Both the position numbers and the translations under genes were made by a program. From Thermoanaerobacteraceae bacterium (GTDB lineage: Bacteria; Bacillota; Thermoanaerobacteria; Thermoanaerobacterales; Thermoanaerobacteraceae), in assembly GCA_049700195.1 (NCBI GenBank), contig JBNAVY010000003.1:17860-81859 (forward strand): 64,000 nt of DNA, read 5' to 3'. The notes below the pieces were generated by a model. That model did not search any database and had not been told where the DNA came from. It saw nothing but the letters and a program-made list of their open reading frames with translations. Positions 36,600 through 48,844 of this stretch are shown piece after piece. Numbering within the stretch: position 1 is the stretch's first letter; each line of letters opens with the position of its first letter.

Positions 36600-37909
36600 T
36601 TAAATTCCCCCACTAGATCATACTCATATGCATCGATTATTTTTACGTTTATAAAATCTCCTACATTGAGTATTTTATCTGTCTTTATAAAAACATTACC
36701 ATCAATTTCAGGTGCATCCATATAGCTTCGTGCTAAATATACACCATCTTCATATCCTTCTACGACAACTTCCATAGTGCTTCCGATTTTATCAATATTG
36801 TTTTTAAGGGAAATATCTCTTTGTATTAGCATGAGTTCTTCCTGTCTTTTTATTTTTATGTTTTTTTTGATCTGAGGTTTCATATCATATGAAATAGTAC
36901 CTTCTTCACGCGAATATGCAAAAACACCTGCTCTTTCAAATTTGTTTTCAATTATAAATTTTTTTAGATCTTCATATTCTTCCTTAGTTTCTCCGGGAAA
37001 ACCAGTAATAAAGGTTGTTCTTATTGCTAAGTCTGGAATACTTCTCAGTTTTTCAATAATAGAATCTATTTTTGCACGGCTTGTATATCTTCTCATTCGT
37101 TTTAAAACATTATCATGTGAATGCTGCAGTGGTATATCAATATATTTTAATATTTTTTTATTTTTTCTTATTTCTTCTATTAATTCATCAGTAACACTGT
37201 CTGGATATGCGTAGAGTAGTCTAATCCATCTTATACCATTTATTTCTGAAAGTTTATTCAAAAGTTCTGGAAGCATTAATTTGCCATATAGATCTATACC
37301 ATATTTTGTAGTATCTTGTGCAATAACAATTAATTCTTTTACACCTTTATCAGCAAGCTTTACTGATTCATCGATGATATCTTCCATCTTTCGGCTTTTA
37401 TACCGTCCTCTTACTTTGGGTATTATGCAAAAAGCACATGAATTATTACATCCTTCGGCAATTTTAATATAAGAATAATGTGTAGGAGTACTTAAAACTC
37501 TATCTATATTTTCATCATTTAAGTCATTAACATGACCATATTTTAAAACTTTTTTATTAAGTTTTATTTCTTCTATTATATTATCTATATCTGTAAAATC
37601 TCCTGTTCCTATAACCCCATCAAGTTCTGGAAGTTCTTTTAGTAGCTCTTTATTATATCTTTCAGCCATACAACCTGATGCAATCAAATATTTAAGTCTT
37701 TTATTCTTCAGTTTTCCCATATTTATAATAGTTTCAATTGACTCTTCCTTTGCACTTTGAATAAATGTACAGGTATTTATAATTAAAATATCTGCTTGGC
37801 TTTCGTCAGTAACTATATTATATCCTTTTTCTTTTAAAATGCTTAACATTTTTTCTGAATCTACAGTATTTTTAGGACATCCTAAAGAAATTATACCTAT
37901 GTTTTCCAT
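36596..37909 (-). CDS. rimO: Ribosomal protein S12 methylthiotransferase RimO
   Basis: 437 aa; LGCPKN, radical-SAM CNNSCAFC, C-terminal TRAM. Confidence 0.9.
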   Translation of the reverse strand: MENIGIISLGCPKNTVDSEKMLSILKEKGYNIVTDESQADILIINTCTFIQSAKEESIETIINMGKLKNKRLKYLIASGCMAERYNKELLKELPELDGVIGTGDFTDIDNIIEEIKLNKKVLKYGHVNDLNDENIDRVLSTPTHYSYIKIAEGCNNSCAFCIIPKVRGRYKSRKMEDIIDESVKLADKGVKELIVIAQDTTKYGIDLYGKLMLPELLNKLSEINGIRWIRLLYAYPDSVTDELIEEIRKNKKILKYIDIPLQHSHDNVLKRMRRYTSRAKIDSIIEKLRSIPDLAIRTTFITGFPGETKEEYEDLKKFIIENKFERAGVFAYSREEGTISYDMKPQIKKNIKIKRQEELMLIQRDISLKNNIDKIGSTMEVVVEGYEDGVYLARSYMDAPEIDGNVFIKTDKILNVGDFINVKIIDAYEYDLVGEFK

Positions 37910-37935
37910 GCATTTTCCCTTTCTATTATTTATAT

Positions 37936-40125
37936 TTATATGTCAAATAATTTTTTTATTTCATCTGAGTCCATAATTATTTGTCGTGGCTTAGAACCAT
38001 CATAACCACTTATGATACCTTTTTGTTCTATCTGATCAATAATTCTAGCAGCTCTTGCGTATCCGACACGAAGCCTGCGCTGAATCATTGATATAGAGGC
38101 CTGACCGGTTTCTAAAATTATTTCTACAGCTTCTTTTAAAAGTTCATCTTCTTCTCCTAAATCTTTATTCTCACTTTTAATTTGTATATATATTTCATTA
38201 TATTGAGGATCAAAATTATTTTTTAAAAAGCTAACAACTTCTTCAACTTCTTTATCAGATATAAAAGCTCCTTGAATTCTCAAGGGTTTTGATGCTCCGA
38301 TTGGGTTAAAAAGCATATCTCCTTTTCCTAGAAGCTTTTCTGCTCCTGCCATATCTAAAATTGTTCTTGAATCTGTTTGAGAAGATACTGCAAAAGAAAT
38401 TCTAGATGGTATATTAGCTTTTATTACTCCTGTAATTACATCTACAGATGGCCTTTGTGTAGCAATAACAAGGTGAATGCCGGCTGCTCTTGCCATTTGA
38501 GCAAGTCTTATTATGTGTTCTTCAACATCAGCAGGAGAAACCATCATCAAATCTGATAATTCATCTATTATTATAACTAATTTATATAGTTTATTATCAG
38601 CCTGTTGGTTATATCCTTCTATATCTCTTACCCCATGCTCTGCAAACAAGTTATATCTGTTTGTCATCTCCTGAACCGCCCAGTTTAAAACTCCAGCAGC
38701 TTTTCTCGGATCTGTAACAACAGGTGTAAGTAAATGAGGGATACCATTATAAATATTTAATTCAACCACCTTAGGATCTATTAAAATCATTTTTACTTCA
38801 CTGGGTGAAGATTTATACAAAAGACTTATAATTAAAGTATTAATACAAACACTTTTACCAGAACCAGTAGCTCCTGCTATAAGCAAATGAGGCATTTTAG
38901 ACAAATCTGCAATTATTATATTTCCTGCTATATCCTTACCAAGAGCAATCGATAAATTTGATTTAAAATATTTAAACTTTTTATTATCAATAACTTCACG
39001 TATACTTACAGCAGATATTTTATCATTTGGTACTTCTATCCCAACAACCGATTTACCAGGAATAGGAGCTTCAATTCTTACAGATGGTGCTGCAAGACTT
39101 AAAGCTATATCATCTGTCAGGCTTACGATCCTACTAACTTTAATCCCTGGGTTGGGTTGCAATTCAAACCTGGTAATAGCAGGACCTTTAGTAACTTGGA
39201 CTACTTTTGCCTCAATACCAAAATTCAAGAGAGTATTTTCTAATTTTTTTGCTTTATTTATTATTATGTCATTATTAATTTTATGCTGAGGTTTTGCTTC
39301 ATTTAAAAGAGTTATAGGTGGAAAAACATATTCATCTTTACTGTTATCACTTAAAATTTTAAGTGAAGAATCTTTTTTATCATCACTTGATAATTCATCA
39401 TTTGACTTAATTTTACCTGATTCTTTATCCTTTATGACTTTATCTTCATCAAAGACATCCAATATATCAAAATCATTTTCTTTAGGTAGTTTTTCTTGAA
39501 AATTTCGATTATTTAATCCTTTATCTTCAGAAATTATTTCTTCTGTTTTGTTTCCTTTTTTTTGTTTTATATGTTTCAAAAAAAAACTTGAAGTTAATCT
39601 ATGAATTTTAGTAATTATACTAGTTATTGATGTATCAGTAATAATAATTCCAAAAATTATAGAAGCTGCGATTAAAAATATATAGCTTCCAGTAACACCA
39701 AGTAACTTTATCAAAAAAAATAATAAAAATGCTGCTATAGCACCTCCACCTAAGTTGTTTAATCCAGATTTATAACCATTTAAAATATAGGCTTTAAAAT
39801 TGTCTGCAATACTATAGTAAGATATATGATCTAAACTTATTATACATATAAAAAGAAATAAAAGGCTTATTGTTTTAGTAGTTTTTATAAACTCATTTTT
39901 TTTAAATAAAAACATTAATGCAAAAACAAAAATCAATAAAGAAATTATATAAGAACCAATACCAAAAAAACCTCTTAGGAAAATAGCTAAGTTTTTCCCT
40001 ATAACCCCAGTAGAATTAGTATATAAACTTAATAATGATATTAATGAAAAGGCTAAAAATATAATACCTAGTATCTCATCTTTAAAACTTTTATTGTTTT
40101 GTCCAAAGTCTTCTTTTGTTTTCAT
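37936..40125 (-). CDS. ftsK: DNA translocase FtsK/SpoIIIE
   Basis: 729 aa; N-terminal TM helices, Walker A GATGSGKS, Walker [10 protein letters not shown]-terminal gamma wHTH ([22 protein letters not shown]). Confidence 0.95.
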   Translation of the reverse strand: MKTKEDFGQNNKSFKDEILGIIFLAFSLISLLSLYTNSTGVIGKNLAIFLRGFFGIGSYIISLLIFVFALMFLFKKNEFIKTTKTISLLFLFICIISLDHISYYSIADNFKAYILNGYKSGLNNLGGGAIAAFLLFFLIKLLGVTGSYIFLIAASIIFGIIITDTSITSIITKIHRLTSSFFLKHIKQKKGNKTEEIISEDKGLNNRNFQEKLPKENDFDILDVFDEDKVIKDKESGKIKSNDELSSDDKKDSSLKILSDNSKDEYVFPPITLLNEAKPQHKINNDIIINKAKKLENTLLNFGIEAKVVQVTKGPAITRFELQPNPGIKVSRIVSLTDDIALSLAAPSVRIEAPIPGKSVVGIEVPNDKISAVSIREVIDNKKFKYFKSNLSIALGKDIAGNIIIADLSKMPHLLIAGATGSGKSVCINTLIISLLYKSSPSEVKMILIDPKVVELNIYNGIPHLLTPVVTDPRKAAGVLNWAVQEMTNRYNLFAEHGVRDIEGYNQQADNKLYKLVIIIDELSDLMMVSPADVEEHIIRLAQMARAAGIHLVIATQRPSVDVITGVIKANIPSRISFAVSSQTDSRTILDMAGAEKLLGKGDMLFNPIGASKPLRIQGAFISDKEVEEVVSFLKNNFDPQYNEIYIQIKSENKDLGEEDELLKEAVEIILETGQASISMIQRRLRVGYARAARIIDQIEQKGIISGYDGSKPRQIIMDSDEIKKLFDI

Positions 40126-40151
40126 TGTTCATCACCTGTATAAAAATTTTC

Positions 40152-40181
40152 AAAAAAAATAGATGTATTCAACACATCTAT
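40152..40181 (-). terminator. Rho-independent terminator after ylzJ
   Basis: ATAGATGT-gttgaat-ACATCTAT followed by T8 on the minus strand. Confidence 0.75.
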
Positions 40182-40198
40182 TATAACATAAATTGTTT

Positions 40199-40408
40199 TT
40201 ATTGTATATTTATAATCTTTCCTGGAGTATATTTTGAATTTAAATAATCTGAAGGATCTGTTGAGTACAACCTAGAAATTTTAAAATTGCCATCTTCACC
40301 TTTTTCAATTAATATAACTTTGTTATTTATATTTACTGAAATGTAATTTAATTTTTGTTCATTTTGTACAGAAAAAATTAGTTCAAAAGGAATTATTGTG
40401 TAAAGCAT
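40199..40408 (-). CDS. ylzJ: YlzJ-like small protein
   Basis: 69 aa; called from position immediately after the tepA-like gene (TAA-ATG junction), as in B. subtilis tepA-ylzJ-ftsK. Confidence 0.6.
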   Translation of the reverse strand: MLYTIIPFELIFSVQNEQKLNYISVNINNKVILIEKGEDGNFKISRLYSTDPSDYLNSKYTPGKIINIQ

Positions 40409-41110
40409 TTAAGTGCCACCATCTTTCTTTTTAATCATATCCTGTAGTTTGTTAAGAGCATTAGATACCCCTCCTATTTCATCTATAAGCCCATATTCTA
40501 CAGCTTCTTTTCCTACAAGTATTGTACCTATATCATTTGCAAGTTCTCCAGTTTTAAGCATAAGTTCATTAAAAACTTCTCTTTTTATTTTTGAATTTCT
40601 AACTATAAATTCCACAACCCTATCTTGCATTTTATTAAAATAATCAAACGTCTGGGGAACACCTATTACAAGACCTGTCATTCGTATCGGATGTATTGTC
40701 ATTGTCGCACTTGGAACTATGTATGAATAATTTGCTGATACTGCAAGAGGTACTCCAATACTATGACCACCTCCTAATACGATTGATACAGTTGGTTTTG
40801 ATAAACTTGCAATCATTTCTGATATTGCAAGCCCTGCTTCAACATCTCCACCAACAGTATTTAACAATATGAGTAGACCTTTTATATCGGGGTTTTCTTC
40901 TATTGCAACAAGCTGTGGAATAATATGCTCATATTTGGTAGTTTTATTCTGAGGAGGCAATATCATATGTCCTTCTATCTGGCCTATTACTGTAAGGCAA
41001 TGTATATTACTCTGAAAATTAGGTACATTTGTCTGCCCTAATTCTTTTATATTTTCTTGCACAGGCGGAAATACCTGTGGTTGTGTTTCCTCACTTTTTA
41101 TTGAATTCAT
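40409..41110 (-). CDS. tepA: ClpP-fold serine protease, TepA (SDH) family
   Basis: 233 aa; ClpP/crotonase fold ([14 protein letters not shown]..., GGGHSIG); synteny dapG...tepA-ylzJ-ftsK. Confidence 0.75.
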   Translation of the reverse strand: MNSIKSEETQPQVFPPVQENIKELGQTNVPNFQSNIHCLTVIGQIEGHMILPPQNKTTKYEHIIPQLVAIEENPDIKGLLILLNTVGGDVEAGLAISEMIASLSKPTVSIVLGGGHSIGVPLAVSANYSYIVPSATMTIHPIRMTGLVIGVPQTFDYFNKMQDRVVEFIVRNSKIKREVFNELMLKTGELANDIGTILVGKEAVEYGLIDEIGGVSNALNKLQDMIKKKDGGT

Positions 41111-41138
41111 TTTATCACACTCCCATACTTATAGTATT

Positions 41139-41166
41139 AAAAAAAAAAATGCATAATATGCATTTT
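41139..41166 (-). terminator. Rho-independent terminator of dapG
   Basis: AAAATGCAT-att-ATGCATTTT followed by a T11 run on the minus strand. Confidence 0.85.
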
Positions 41167-41229
41167 CATCTTATAAACCTTTATTAAAAACTCAGTAAAT
41201 AATAAATTTTAATATTTAAAATAAATAAT

Positions 41230-42441
41230 TTAGTTATATTTGTCAAGTTTAAATTCTTCATGAAGAAGCCTTATTGCATCTTCAGATTTGTCTTGACTTA
41301 TTAAGCAAGAAATAGTGTTATGTGAATCTGAAGTTTGAAAAATTTCTATACCATGTTTTGATAGTGCTTTTATGATTCGTGACATTACACCTGGTACACC
41401 GCGGATTCTATTTCCAATGATTGAAATTTTACTGCAATTTTCTCTATAAGAATAAATTATATTGTTTTGTTCAAATAATTGTTTTAATTTATGAAAATCA
41501 TCTTCATTTATTGTAAAAACTTTTTTATCAGGGAAAATATTTATTAGATCTATGCTTATTTTTTCTTGTGCAATTTTTTCAAATATATCTTCAGAATTAT
41601 CAGGTATTTCCTCTAAGATTATTTGTATTCTATTATTCATACTTGCTATTCCTGTAACTAAATTATTAACATCATATATATTATTATAAGCATTATTATA
41701 CTGGGTTATTACAGTTCCTTGGCTATCAGACATAGTATTTTTTATTACAAGAGGAACATTACCTCTCATTGCAATTTCTACCGCTCTTGGGTGTATAACT
41801 TTTGCTCCTTCTTCTGCAAATTGAAAAACTTCATTATAACTTATTTTTTTTAATATATGAGCATTTGATACTATTCTTGGATCTGCAGTCATGATTCCAT
41901 CAACATCAGTATATATTTCTACAGCATAAGCCTTTAAAGCTTCTCCTAAAATAGCTGCCGTTGTATCACTCCCGCCACGTCCCAGAGTAGTTATATCTCC
42001 ATCTTCGGTAATACCTTGAAAACCTGCTACAACAGGTATTATGTTATTTGATAATGCTTCTAATATATTAGAAACATCTACTCTTAAAATATCAGCACTT
42101 CCAAAATTATTATTTGTAATAATTCCAGCCTGTCCTCCTGTAAATGCTTTTGCCTTATAACCTAAATTTTTCAGAGAATTTGCAAAAATAACACTTGAAA
42201 TTATTTCTCCACAGGACATTAATATATCCAATTCACGTTTGTCTGTCTGATTATTAGCATCTTTAGCTAATTTTATCAAAGTATCAGTGGCATACGGATC
42301 ACCAGATCTTCCAATAGCTGAAACAACTACTACAACATTAAAACCCTGCTCTATAGCATCTATAACTTTTGATACAGCCATTTTTCTTCTTTCATCAGTA
42401 GAAACAGATGTTCCTCCGAATTTTTGTACTATTATATTCAC
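41230..42441 (-). CDS. dapG: Aspartate kinase (DapG-type)
   Basis: VQKFGGTSV N-terminus, C-terminal ACT domains; GTG 42441 after AAGGGTGA gives the canonical start, the track start adds 20 AT-rich codons. Confidence 0.9.
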   Translation of the reverse strand: MNIIVQKFGGTSVSTDERRKMAVSKVIDAIEQGFNVVVVVSAIGRSGDPYATDTLIKLAKDANNQTDKRELDILMSCGEIISSVIFANSLKNLGYKAKAFTGGQAGIITNNNFGSADILRVDVSNILEALSNNIIPVVAGFQGITEDGDITTLGRGGSDTTAAILGEALKAYAVEIYTDVDGIMTADPRIVSNAHILKKISYNEVFQFAEEGAKVIHPRAVEIAMRGNVPLVIKNTMSDSQGTVITQYNNAYNNIYDVNNLVTGIASMNNRIQIILEEIPDNSEDIFEKIAQEKISIDLINIFPDKKVFTINEDDFHKLKQLFEQNNIIYSYRENCSKISIIGNRIRGVPGVMSRIIKALSKHGIEIFQTSDSHNTISCLISQDKSEDAIRLLHEEFKLDKYN

Positions 42442-42510
42442 AATTTCACCCTTTCTAAGTATTAAATTATTTTTATTATATATTATATTATTATAACTCA
42501 TTAAAGTGAT

Positions 42511-42536
42511 AAAGGAAAGGTTTTTTCCTTCCCTTT
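42511..42536 (-). terminator. Candidate terminator after ymxH
   Basis: AAAGGGAAGG-aaaaaa-CCTTTCCTTT (10 bp incl. one G-U) on the minus strand; weak U-tract. Confidence 0.4.
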
Positions 42537-42549
42537 ATTAGTAATTTTA

Positions 42550-42801
42550 TTAGTAATATTTTTTATAATTTCTTTCAAATTCTACTATCAGCATATCATT
42601 ACCTATTTTTTTTATTGAATCCCAAGGTATTTCAATATATCCGGATTTACCTCTAAAAAAACTTTTTATTTCATATATTAATATTGACTGAATTTTCCCT
42701 GTTTCTTCATCTATTATTAAGTCGGAATCATCAACTAATCCCCACCTTTTCCCATCATTTAAATTTACAATTTCCTTATTTCCAAATTCACTTAAACGCA
42801 T
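42550..42801 (-). CDS. ymxH: YlmC/YmxH-family sporulation protein (PRC-barrel)
   Basis: 83 aa from ATG 42801: MRLSEFGNKEIVNLNDGKRWG... typical of the family; dut-ymxH order. Confidence 0.8.
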   Translation of the reverse strand: MRLSEFGNKEIVNLNDGKRWGLVDDSDLIIDEETGKIQSILIYEIKSFFRGKSGYIEIPWDSIKKIGNDMLIVEFERNYKKYY

Positions 42802-42811
42802 AAAATCACCT

Positions 42812-43264
42812 CTACAAACCTGTATGGCCAAATCCTCCTGAATCCCTTTCAGTTTCAGACAACGAATCTACAACCTTAATATAAGGCCTTATTACTTGAT
42901 TTATTACCATTTGGGCTATTCTTTGACCTCTTTTAATTGTGTAGGACTCTTTTCCAAGGTTAATTATTATAACTTTAATTTCTCCTCTATAATCCGAATC
43001 AATAGTCCCCGGAGTATTTAAAAGTGTTAATCCGTTATTTAAAGCCAGACCGCTTCTTGGTCTTATTTGAGCTTCATAATTTTCTGGAAGCTCTATTTGT
43101 ATTCCTGTAGATATTAATTTTATATCGCCTGGTAATAATTCTTCATCTTTTTCAACATTTGCATACAAATCCATTCCTGCTGCTCCCTTGCTCATATATT
43201 GAGGAAGAGGAAGATCTTTAGCATTTTCCATTAATTTTATTTTAAGTAATATATTATTTTCCAT
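42812..43264 (-). CDS. dut: dUTP diphosphatase
   Basis: 150 aa; [20 protein letters not shown] motifs. Confidence 0.93.
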   Translation of the reverse strand: MENNILLKIKLMENAKDLPLPQYMSKGAAGMDLYANVEKDEELLPGDIKLISTGIQIELPENYEAQIRPRSGLALNNGLTLLNTPGTIDSDYRGEIKVIIINLGKESYTIKRGQRIAQMVINQVIRPYIKVVDSLSETERDSGGFGHTGL

Positions 43265-44504
43265 ATTCTAACCACCTTATTTTATCTTTTTGTATATTAC
43301 CTACTACGGATGTACTTATATTATCAACATTAAAAATCTTTTTTGCAATTTGATTAATATCATTATAATTTATTTTTTCTATATATGATAAAACATCTTC
43401 CAAAGTATAAATTCTATTTAATAAAAGTTCAGATTTGCCTATATCCATCATTCTACTGCTAGTACTATCCATATCCATTAAAACATTTATTCTTACATGC
43501 TCTTTAAATTTATCTATTTCTTTTTCAGTGAAACCATTCATACTTATTTTTTCAATCTCTTTTAAAACTAAATCATATGATTCTATAAGATTATTTACAC
43601 CACAACTAAAAAATACAGATAAAGCTCCACCATTTAAATATGCTGAAGGATATGAATATATTGAATAAACAAGGCCCTTTTCTTCTCTTATTTTTTGAAA
43701 AAGCCTAGAACTTACACCTCCTCCGAAAGCATTATTTATAATTGATAAAGGATATATATTTTCAAAACTAAAATTAACAGAAGGCATCCCAATACAAACA
43801 TTAACCTGTTCAATTTCTTTTTTTAAAAAAATAAATCCATTATGCCATTCATTATTATATAATATTTCACTAATTTTAGATTTGTTTATTTTTTTTAGAT
43901 ATTCTTCCATTATTTTAAATATTTCATCATTATAATTACCAGCTATAGCAATAACAATATTATCACTTGTAAATCTTTCATTATAATAATTAATCAAAGT
44001 TTGTTTAGTAAAATTATTTACAGTTTCAATTGAACCAAGTATTGGCAAACCCAAGCTGCTTTTTCCCCATGAAATACGGTCAAGGTTATTATATGCTACT
44101 TCTTCTGGCGAGTCTGTTTCCTCTAATATTTCTTCAATAACAACATTTTTTTCTTTATTTATCTCATCTTCTTCAAAAGCTGGATTAAAAACCATATCAA
44201 ACAGTATATTAACGGCCTTTTCCTGATATGTATTTAAAGCTTTGATATAAAAACAAGTATTATCTTTTTCTGTAAATCCATTAATCTGTGCACCAATACT
44301 ATCACTTTCTTCAGCTATTTGCTTACCGCTGCGATACTTTGAACCTTTAAAAACCATATGTTCTATAAAATGTGAAATCCCATTATTTTCTTTATTTTCA
44401 TATATAGAACCAGATTTTACCCAAATACTTATATATACAGAATATATGTGTGGAATTTTATATGCTACTATATTTATACCATTTATCCTCTTTTGTAAAT
44501 ACAT
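43254..44504 (-). CDS. ymxG: M16-family zinc peptidase (YmxG/MlpA-like)
   Basis: 416 aa; inverted zinc motif HFIEH; synteny with pnp-ylxY-ymxG. Confidence 0.85.
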   Translation of the reverse strand: MYLQKRINGINIVAYKIPHIYSVYISIWVKSGSIYENKENNGISHFIEHMVFKGSKYRSGKQIAEESDSIGAQINGFTEKDNTCFYIKALNTYQEKAVNILFDMVFNPAFEEDEINKEKNVVIEEILEETDSPEEVAYNNLDRISWGKSSLGLPILGSIETVNNFTKQTLINYYNERFTSDNIVIAIAGNYNDEIFKIMEEYLKKINKSKISEILYNNEWHNGFIFLKKEIEQVNVCIGMPSVNFSFENIYPLSIINNAFGGGVSSRLFQKIREEKGLVYSIYSYPSAYLNGGALSVFFSCGVNNLIESYDLVLKEIEKISMNGFTEKEIDKFKEHVRINVLMDMDSTSSRMMDIGKSELLLNRIYTLEDVLSYIEKINYNDINQIAKKIFNVDNISTSVVGNIQKDKIRWLEYGK

Positions 44505-44532
44505 TTTGACCTCCTGTCTTATTTATATAAAA

Positions 44533-45249
44533 TTAGCTTTTATTTAATATTATACCCGAAACATTTGTTATTTGGTAGCCTTTTGATTGTAATTGTTTTA
44601 TTATTTCAGGAAGAGCTTCTACAGTATTTTTGGTTGGATGCATTAAAACAATGGCATCATTATGAGCTTTGCTTATTACTCTTTCAGTTATAGTATAAGG
44701 ACTTGGATTATTCCAGTCAATTGTATCTAAACTCCACAAAATAACTTTATATCCTTGATTCTCAGCAGTTTTAACAACATCACTATTAAAATCACCATAT
44801 GGTGGAGCAAATAATTTTGGTTTCTGCCCTGTTATTTTTTCAAGTAAGTCACTACATTTTTTTATATCTTCTGCATATTTTTCCTTAGTCCACTGGGTAT
44901 ATTTTACATGAGTATATCCATGACTTCCTATTTCATGCCCCTTATTGAATATTTCTTTTACCATTTCTGGATTTTTTTCCGCCCAGTTGCCTTCAATGAA
45001 AAAAGTTATTTTAATATTACTTTTATCAAATATTTTTAACATATCTTTTATGTATTCATCACCCCATGCTACATTGCAAGCAAAGGCCATTTTCTTTTCA
45101 TCAGTATTTCCTTTATATATTGGTTCATTAGTATTAAATACTGAAACAGATCTGTTTAAAAAATAACCTATTAAAATTATTGACAGGATAATAATTATTA
45201 TAGCTATTATATATGGTTTTTTAGGATATTTTATATAATATATTTTCAC
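44533..45249 (-). CDS. ylxY: Polysaccharide deacetylase (NodB domain), YlxY-like
   Basis: 238 aa; N-terminal TM anchor, NodB motifs (HGYTH, LMH); GTG start. Confidence 0.8.
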   Translation of the reverse strand: MKIYYIKYPKKPYIIAIIIIILSIILIGYFLNRSVSVFNTNEPIYKGNTDEKKMAFACNVAWGDEYIKDMLKIFDKSNIKITFFIEGNWAEKNPEMVKEIFNKGHEIGSHGYTHVKYTQWTKEKYAEDIKKCSDLLEKITGQKPKLFAPPYGDFNSDVVKTAENQGYKVILWSLDTIDWNNPSPYTITERVISKAHNDAIVLMHPTKNTVEALPEIIKQLQSKGYQITNVSGIILNKS

Positions 45250-45310
45250 ACTAACACCACCTATTTTATATTTTCATTCTAATTTTATTCATGGTATAGG
45301 CGAATATATT

Positions 45311-45350
45311 ACTAAAAAAACAAAAAACATAAACCACATTTGGGTTTATG
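45311..45350 (-). terminator. Rho-independent terminator of pnp
   Basis: CATAAACC-caaatgt-GGTTTATG followed by TTTTTTGTTTTTTT on the minus strand. Confidence 0.8.
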
Positions 45351-45357
45351 CCTTCTT

Positions 45358-47460
45358 TTACTTTTTGTTATCCTCTTCGGGTTCATCTGGTAGAGCATCT
45401 TTTCTTGATAGATTTATTCGGCCTTGTTTATCTATTTCAGTAACTTTAACAAGAATATCATCTCCTACTTTAACAACATCCTCAACTTTTTCTACATGTT
45501 TTTTAGAAAGTTTGGATATGTGCACAAGTCCTTCTTTCCCTGGTGCTATTTCAACAAATGCCCCGAAATTAGTAATTCTTAATACTTTTCCCAGATATAT
45601 TGATCCAACTTCAATTTCTTTTGTAATTGCTTCAATGATTCTTTTCGCTTTATCCCCTGAATTTAAATCAAGTGATGTTATAAAAAGTCTTCCATCATCT
45701 TCAATATCAATTTTTACCCCAGTTTCAGCTATAATTTTATTTATTGTTTTACCTCCAGGTCCAATTATATCTCTGATTTTTTCCGGGTCAATAAACATCC
45801 TGATTATTCTAGGTGCATATACAGATAACTCTTTACGAGGTTCTTTAATGGCTTCTAGCATTTTACTTAAAATATATAATCTGCCTATTCTTGCTTTTTC
45901 TAAAGCCATGCTTAAAATACTCTTATCTATGCCTGCAATTTTTATATCCATCTGTATAGCAGTTATACCTTTTTCAGTGCCAGCAACCTTAAAATCCATA
46001 TCTCCAAGAAAATCTTCTATACCTTGAATATCAGTTAATACTGAAACAACATCTTTTTCTTTTATTAAACCCATAGCAACGCCTGCAACTGGTGCTTTAA
46101 TTGGGACTCCTGCATCCATAAGAGCCAGAGTACTTCCACATACACTAGCTTGTGAAGTCGAGCCATTTGAACTTAAAACCTCTGAGACCAATCTTATAGT
46201 ATATGGGAACTCGTCCTCAGTTGGTATCATAGGCTCTAAAGCTCTTTCTGCCAAAGCACCATGTCCAATCTCTCTTCGTCCAGGACCTCTCAAAGGTTTA
46301 GTTTCACCAACACTAAATGGTGGGAAATTATAATGATGCATATATCTTTTTGATTCTTCATCACCTAAACCATCAAGAATCTGAATATCCCCTAAAGGAC
46401 CAAGTGTTGCAACTGTCATTACTTGTGTCTGACCTCTGGTAAATATTGCTGAACCATGGGTTCTTGGTAAAACTCCAGTTTCACATGTTATAGGTCTTAT
46501 TTCGTCTAAGCCTCTTCCATCTACTCTTATTTTTTCATTTGTTATCATTTTTCGCATTTGTTCTTTAGTTATATTATATAATATCTCATCTATATCTGCT
46601 AAATTATCAGGATATTGATCTTTAAAATATTCTAAAACTTCTTCCTCTACTTTATCTATATTGTCATTTCTTTCTTTCTTTTCTTCAGTTCTTAAAGCTT
46701 TATAAATTTTTTCAGTAGCATATTCTCTGACTTTAGCATCAAGTTCCTGATCTACTTCATGTAATACAACCTCGCTTTTGGGAACACCTACTTCTTTTAC
46801 AATATTTTCAATAAAAAATACAATATTTTTGATATTTTCATGAGCAAACATAATAGCATTTAACATAGTTTCTTCCGGAACTTCTTCTGCACCGGCTTCA
46901 ACCATCATTACTGCATCTTTTGTACCTGAAACAATTAAATGTAATTTACTTTTTTCTCTTTGTTCCTGATTTGGATTTAAAATAAAATCATCATCAATTA
47001 GAGCTACTGACACAGAACCAGTCGGACCATTAAAAGGAATATCAGAAATTGATAATGCTACTGAAGAACCTATCATAGCCACAATCTCTGGTTGCACATC
47101 TGGATCAACAGAAAGAACAGTAGCAACTACCTGCACATCATTTCTAAATCCATGAGGGAATAATGGTCTTATAGGTCTATCAATCAGACGTGAAGTCAAA
47201 ATTGCCTTTTCTGTTGGCTTTCCTTCTCTTTTTATAAATCCACCAGGTATTTTACCAACAGAATATAGTCTTTCCTCATAGTCTACACTAAGTGGAAAAA
47301 AATCTATTCCTTCTCTTGGTTCTTTTGAAGCACATGCAGTAACTAATACTACTGTATCCCCATATCTTACTAAAGCAGAGCCATTAGCTAACTGAGCTAA
47401 TTTACCAGTTTGAACTATTAGTTTTTTACCATTTAGCTCTATTTCAAAATTTCTCTCCAT
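45358..47460 (-). CDS. pnp: Polyribonucleotide nucleotidyltransferase (PNPase)
   Basis: 700 aa; two RNase PH domains, KH and S1 (FGAFVEI) domains. Confidence 0.98.
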   Translation of the reverse strand: MERNFEIELNGKKLIVQTGKLAQLANGSALVRYGDTVVLVTACASKEPREGIDFFPLSVDYEERLYSVGKIPGGFIKREGKPTEKAILTSRLIDRPIRPLFPHGFRNDVQVVATVLSVDPDVQPEIVAMIGSSVALSISDIPFNGPTGSVSVALIDDDFILNPNQEQREKSKLHLIVSGTKDAVMMVEAGAEEVPEETMLNAIMFAHENIKNIVFFIENIVKEVGVPKSEVVLHEVDQELDAKVREYATEKIYKALRTEEKKERNDNIDKVEEEVLEYFKDQYPDNLADIDEILYNITKEQMRKMITNEKIRVDGRGLDEIRPITCETGVLPRTHGSAIFTRGQTQVMTVATLGPLGDIQILDGLGDEESKRYMHHYNFPPFSVGETKPLRGPGRREIGHGALAERALEPMIPTEDEFPYTIRLVSEVLSSNGSTSQASVCGSTLALMDAGVPIKAPVAGVAMGLIKEKDVVSVLTDIQGIEDFLGDMDFKVAGTEKGITAIQMDIKIAGIDKSILSMALEKARIGRLYILSKMLEAIKEPRKELSVYAPRIIRMFIDPEKIRDIIGPGGKTINKIIAETGVKIDIEDDGRLFITSLDLNSGDKAKRIIEAITKEIEVGSIYLGKVLRITNFGAFVEIAPGKEGLVHISKLSKKHVEKVEDVVKVGDDILVKVTEIDKQGRINLSRKDALPDEPEEDNKK

Positions 47461-47511
47461 ATTATCCTCCTTTCATATTAATATATTTCCATATTATTTA
47501 GTTTTTGATAC

Positions 47512-47545
47512 AGAAAATAGAGCGAGGTATCTCGCTCTATTTTCT
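47512..47545 (-). terminator. rpsO terminator/attenuator hairpin preceding pnp
   Basis: AGAAAATAGAGCGAG-atac-CTCGCTCTATTTTCT, 15-bp perfect stem; rpsO stop lies in the stem. Confidence 0.75.
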
Positions 47546-47803
47546 TAAATCTAACTTTTCAATGATAGCACGATACCTGTCAATATCATTCTTCATAAGA
47601 TAATTTAAAAGACCTCTCCTTTGACCTACCATTTTAAGAAGTCCTCTTCTTGAATGATGATCTTTCTTATGAATTTTAAGGTGGTCATTTAAAGTATTAA
47701 TTCTTTCTGTTAAAAGAGCAATTTGTACTTCAGGAGACCCTGTATCATTATCATGAAGTTTATAATTGTTAATAATCTCCGTCTTCTTATCTTTGTCTAA
47801 CAT
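47537..47803 (-). CDS. rpsO: 30S ribosomal protein S15
   Basis: 88 aa; [31 protein letters not shown]. Confidence 0.98.
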   Translation of the reverse strand: MLDKDKKTEIINNYKLHDNDTGSPEVQIALLTERINTLNDHLKIHKKDHHSRRGLLKMVGQRRGLLNYLMKNDIDRYRAIIEKLDLRK

Positions 47804-47808
47804 ATTTT

Positions 47809-47858
47809 CACCTCCAAATTATTATATTCGCCATATACCTTGAATAACGCCGGAGGTG
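47809..47858 (-). promoter_or_regulatory. rpsO 5' leader with anti-SD/SD pairing (candidate S15 autoregulatory element)
   Basis: CACCTCC (47858-47852, minus) is the exact complement of the SD GGAGGTG (47815-47809), 36 nt apart. Confidence 0.35.
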
Positions 47859-47891
47859 CGTATATCAAAGCATAAGGTAAATTGCTATTTT

Positions 47892-47920
47892 ATTTTATCA
47901 CATAAAATTACACTTGTAAA
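47892..47920 (-). promoter_or_regulatory. Sigma-A promoter TTTACA-17-TAAAAT with TG extension for rpsO
   Basis: Read on the minus strand; the -35 lies within the last ribF codons and the -10 just downstream of the ribF stop (47908-47910); the same TGTGATAAAAT element occurs at 5883-5893. Confidence 0.5.
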
Positions 47921-48840
47921 ATATTTTTATATTTTTTAGCATAATTTATATCTTTTTGAATCTGTATTTTCAAGCTTTCAATATCTTTAAATTTAATCTC
48001 ATTGCGAATTTTACTTATAAATTCGATCTCTATAAATTCATTGTAAATTTCAGATGAAAAATCTATAATAAAAGATTCAATTGTTACAGAATCCTGATTA
48101 AAAGTTGGATTATCACCTATATTCGTTACACCTAAATAATATTTATTAGAAATTTTTATTCTTGTAACATACACTCCATATTGAGGCAATATTATATTAT
48201 TATCAATCTTAATATTAACAGTAGGAAAACCCAATTGTCTACCAATTTGTTTGCCTTTTATAACAATTCCTTCTAAATTGAAATACCTGCCTAAATATTT
48301 TGATGCAGTTTCAACATTACCAGATTTTATTAAACCTCTTATATAACTGCTACTAACTACAATGCCATCAACTTTTACCTTATTAATAACTATTAAATCA
48401 AATTTTCCTTTATCAGCATATTTTTGAAGGGTATTTATATTACCTGTACCTTTATAGCCGAATCTATAATCTTCACCTGCAATAATAATTTTTGAATTTA
48501 ATTTTTTTATTAAAATATCATTAATATAATCATCTGGCATAATCCTGGAAAATTCTTTTGTGAAATTAAAGAAAATTCCATAATCAATATTATAATTAGA
48601 TAATATTTCAATTTTCTTCCTTAAAGTTGTAATTAGATTTATTTTTTTTTCTGGTCTTAAAATTTGAGATGTATGCTGTTTAAATGTAAATACAGCGCTT
48701 TTTAATTCTCTGAGTTTAGACATTTCTACAGCTTTTTTTATAAGCTTTTGATGTCCTAAATGTATTCCATCAAAATTTCCAAGTGCAACTGATTTAGGGG
48801 CACTATAATTATTTAGTGTATCTTCATTTAGAATTATCAC
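47908..48840 (-). CDS. ribF: Bifunctional riboflavin kinase / FMN adenylyltransferase
   Basis: 310 aa; GNFDGIHLGHQ, GFPTVN; truB-ribF-rpsO order. Confidence 0.93.
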   Translation of the reverse strand: MIILNEDTLNNYSAPKSVALGNFDGIHLGHQKLIKKAVEMSKLRELKSAVFTFKQHTSQILRPEKKINLITTLRKKIEILSNYNIDYGIFFNFTKEFSRIMPDDYINDILIKKLNSKIIIAGEDYRFGYKGTGNINTLQKYADKGKFDLIVINKVKVDGIVVSSSYIRGLIKSGNVETASKYLGRYFNLEGIVIKGKQIGRQLGFPTVNIKIDNNIILPQYGVYVTRIKISNKYYLGVTNIGDNPTFNQDSVTIESFIIDFSSEIYNEFIEIEFISKIRNEIKFKDIESLKIQIQKDINYAKKYKNILQV

Positions 48841-48844
48841 AATA

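Noticed and set aside
39560-39600. T8/A9 homopolymer runs in ftsK (also A9 at 7501-7509 and A11 at 41139-41149)
   Set aside because: The coding runs are in frame within lysine/phenylalanine-rich linkers. The intergenic run is a terminator U-tract. There is no evidence for phase variation.
45365-46027. Long antisense ORFs inside conserved genes: 220 aa in pnp; also 52707-53150 in infB, 60193-60663 in ispG, 16585-16989 in mutS, 33752-34099 in recA, and the roughly 35 other 60-115 aa antisense or out-of-frame track ORFs
   Set aside because: All fully overlap strongly supported genes on the other strand. They have S/L/F/I-rich shadow-frame composition, no SD sequences, and no intergenic space of their own.
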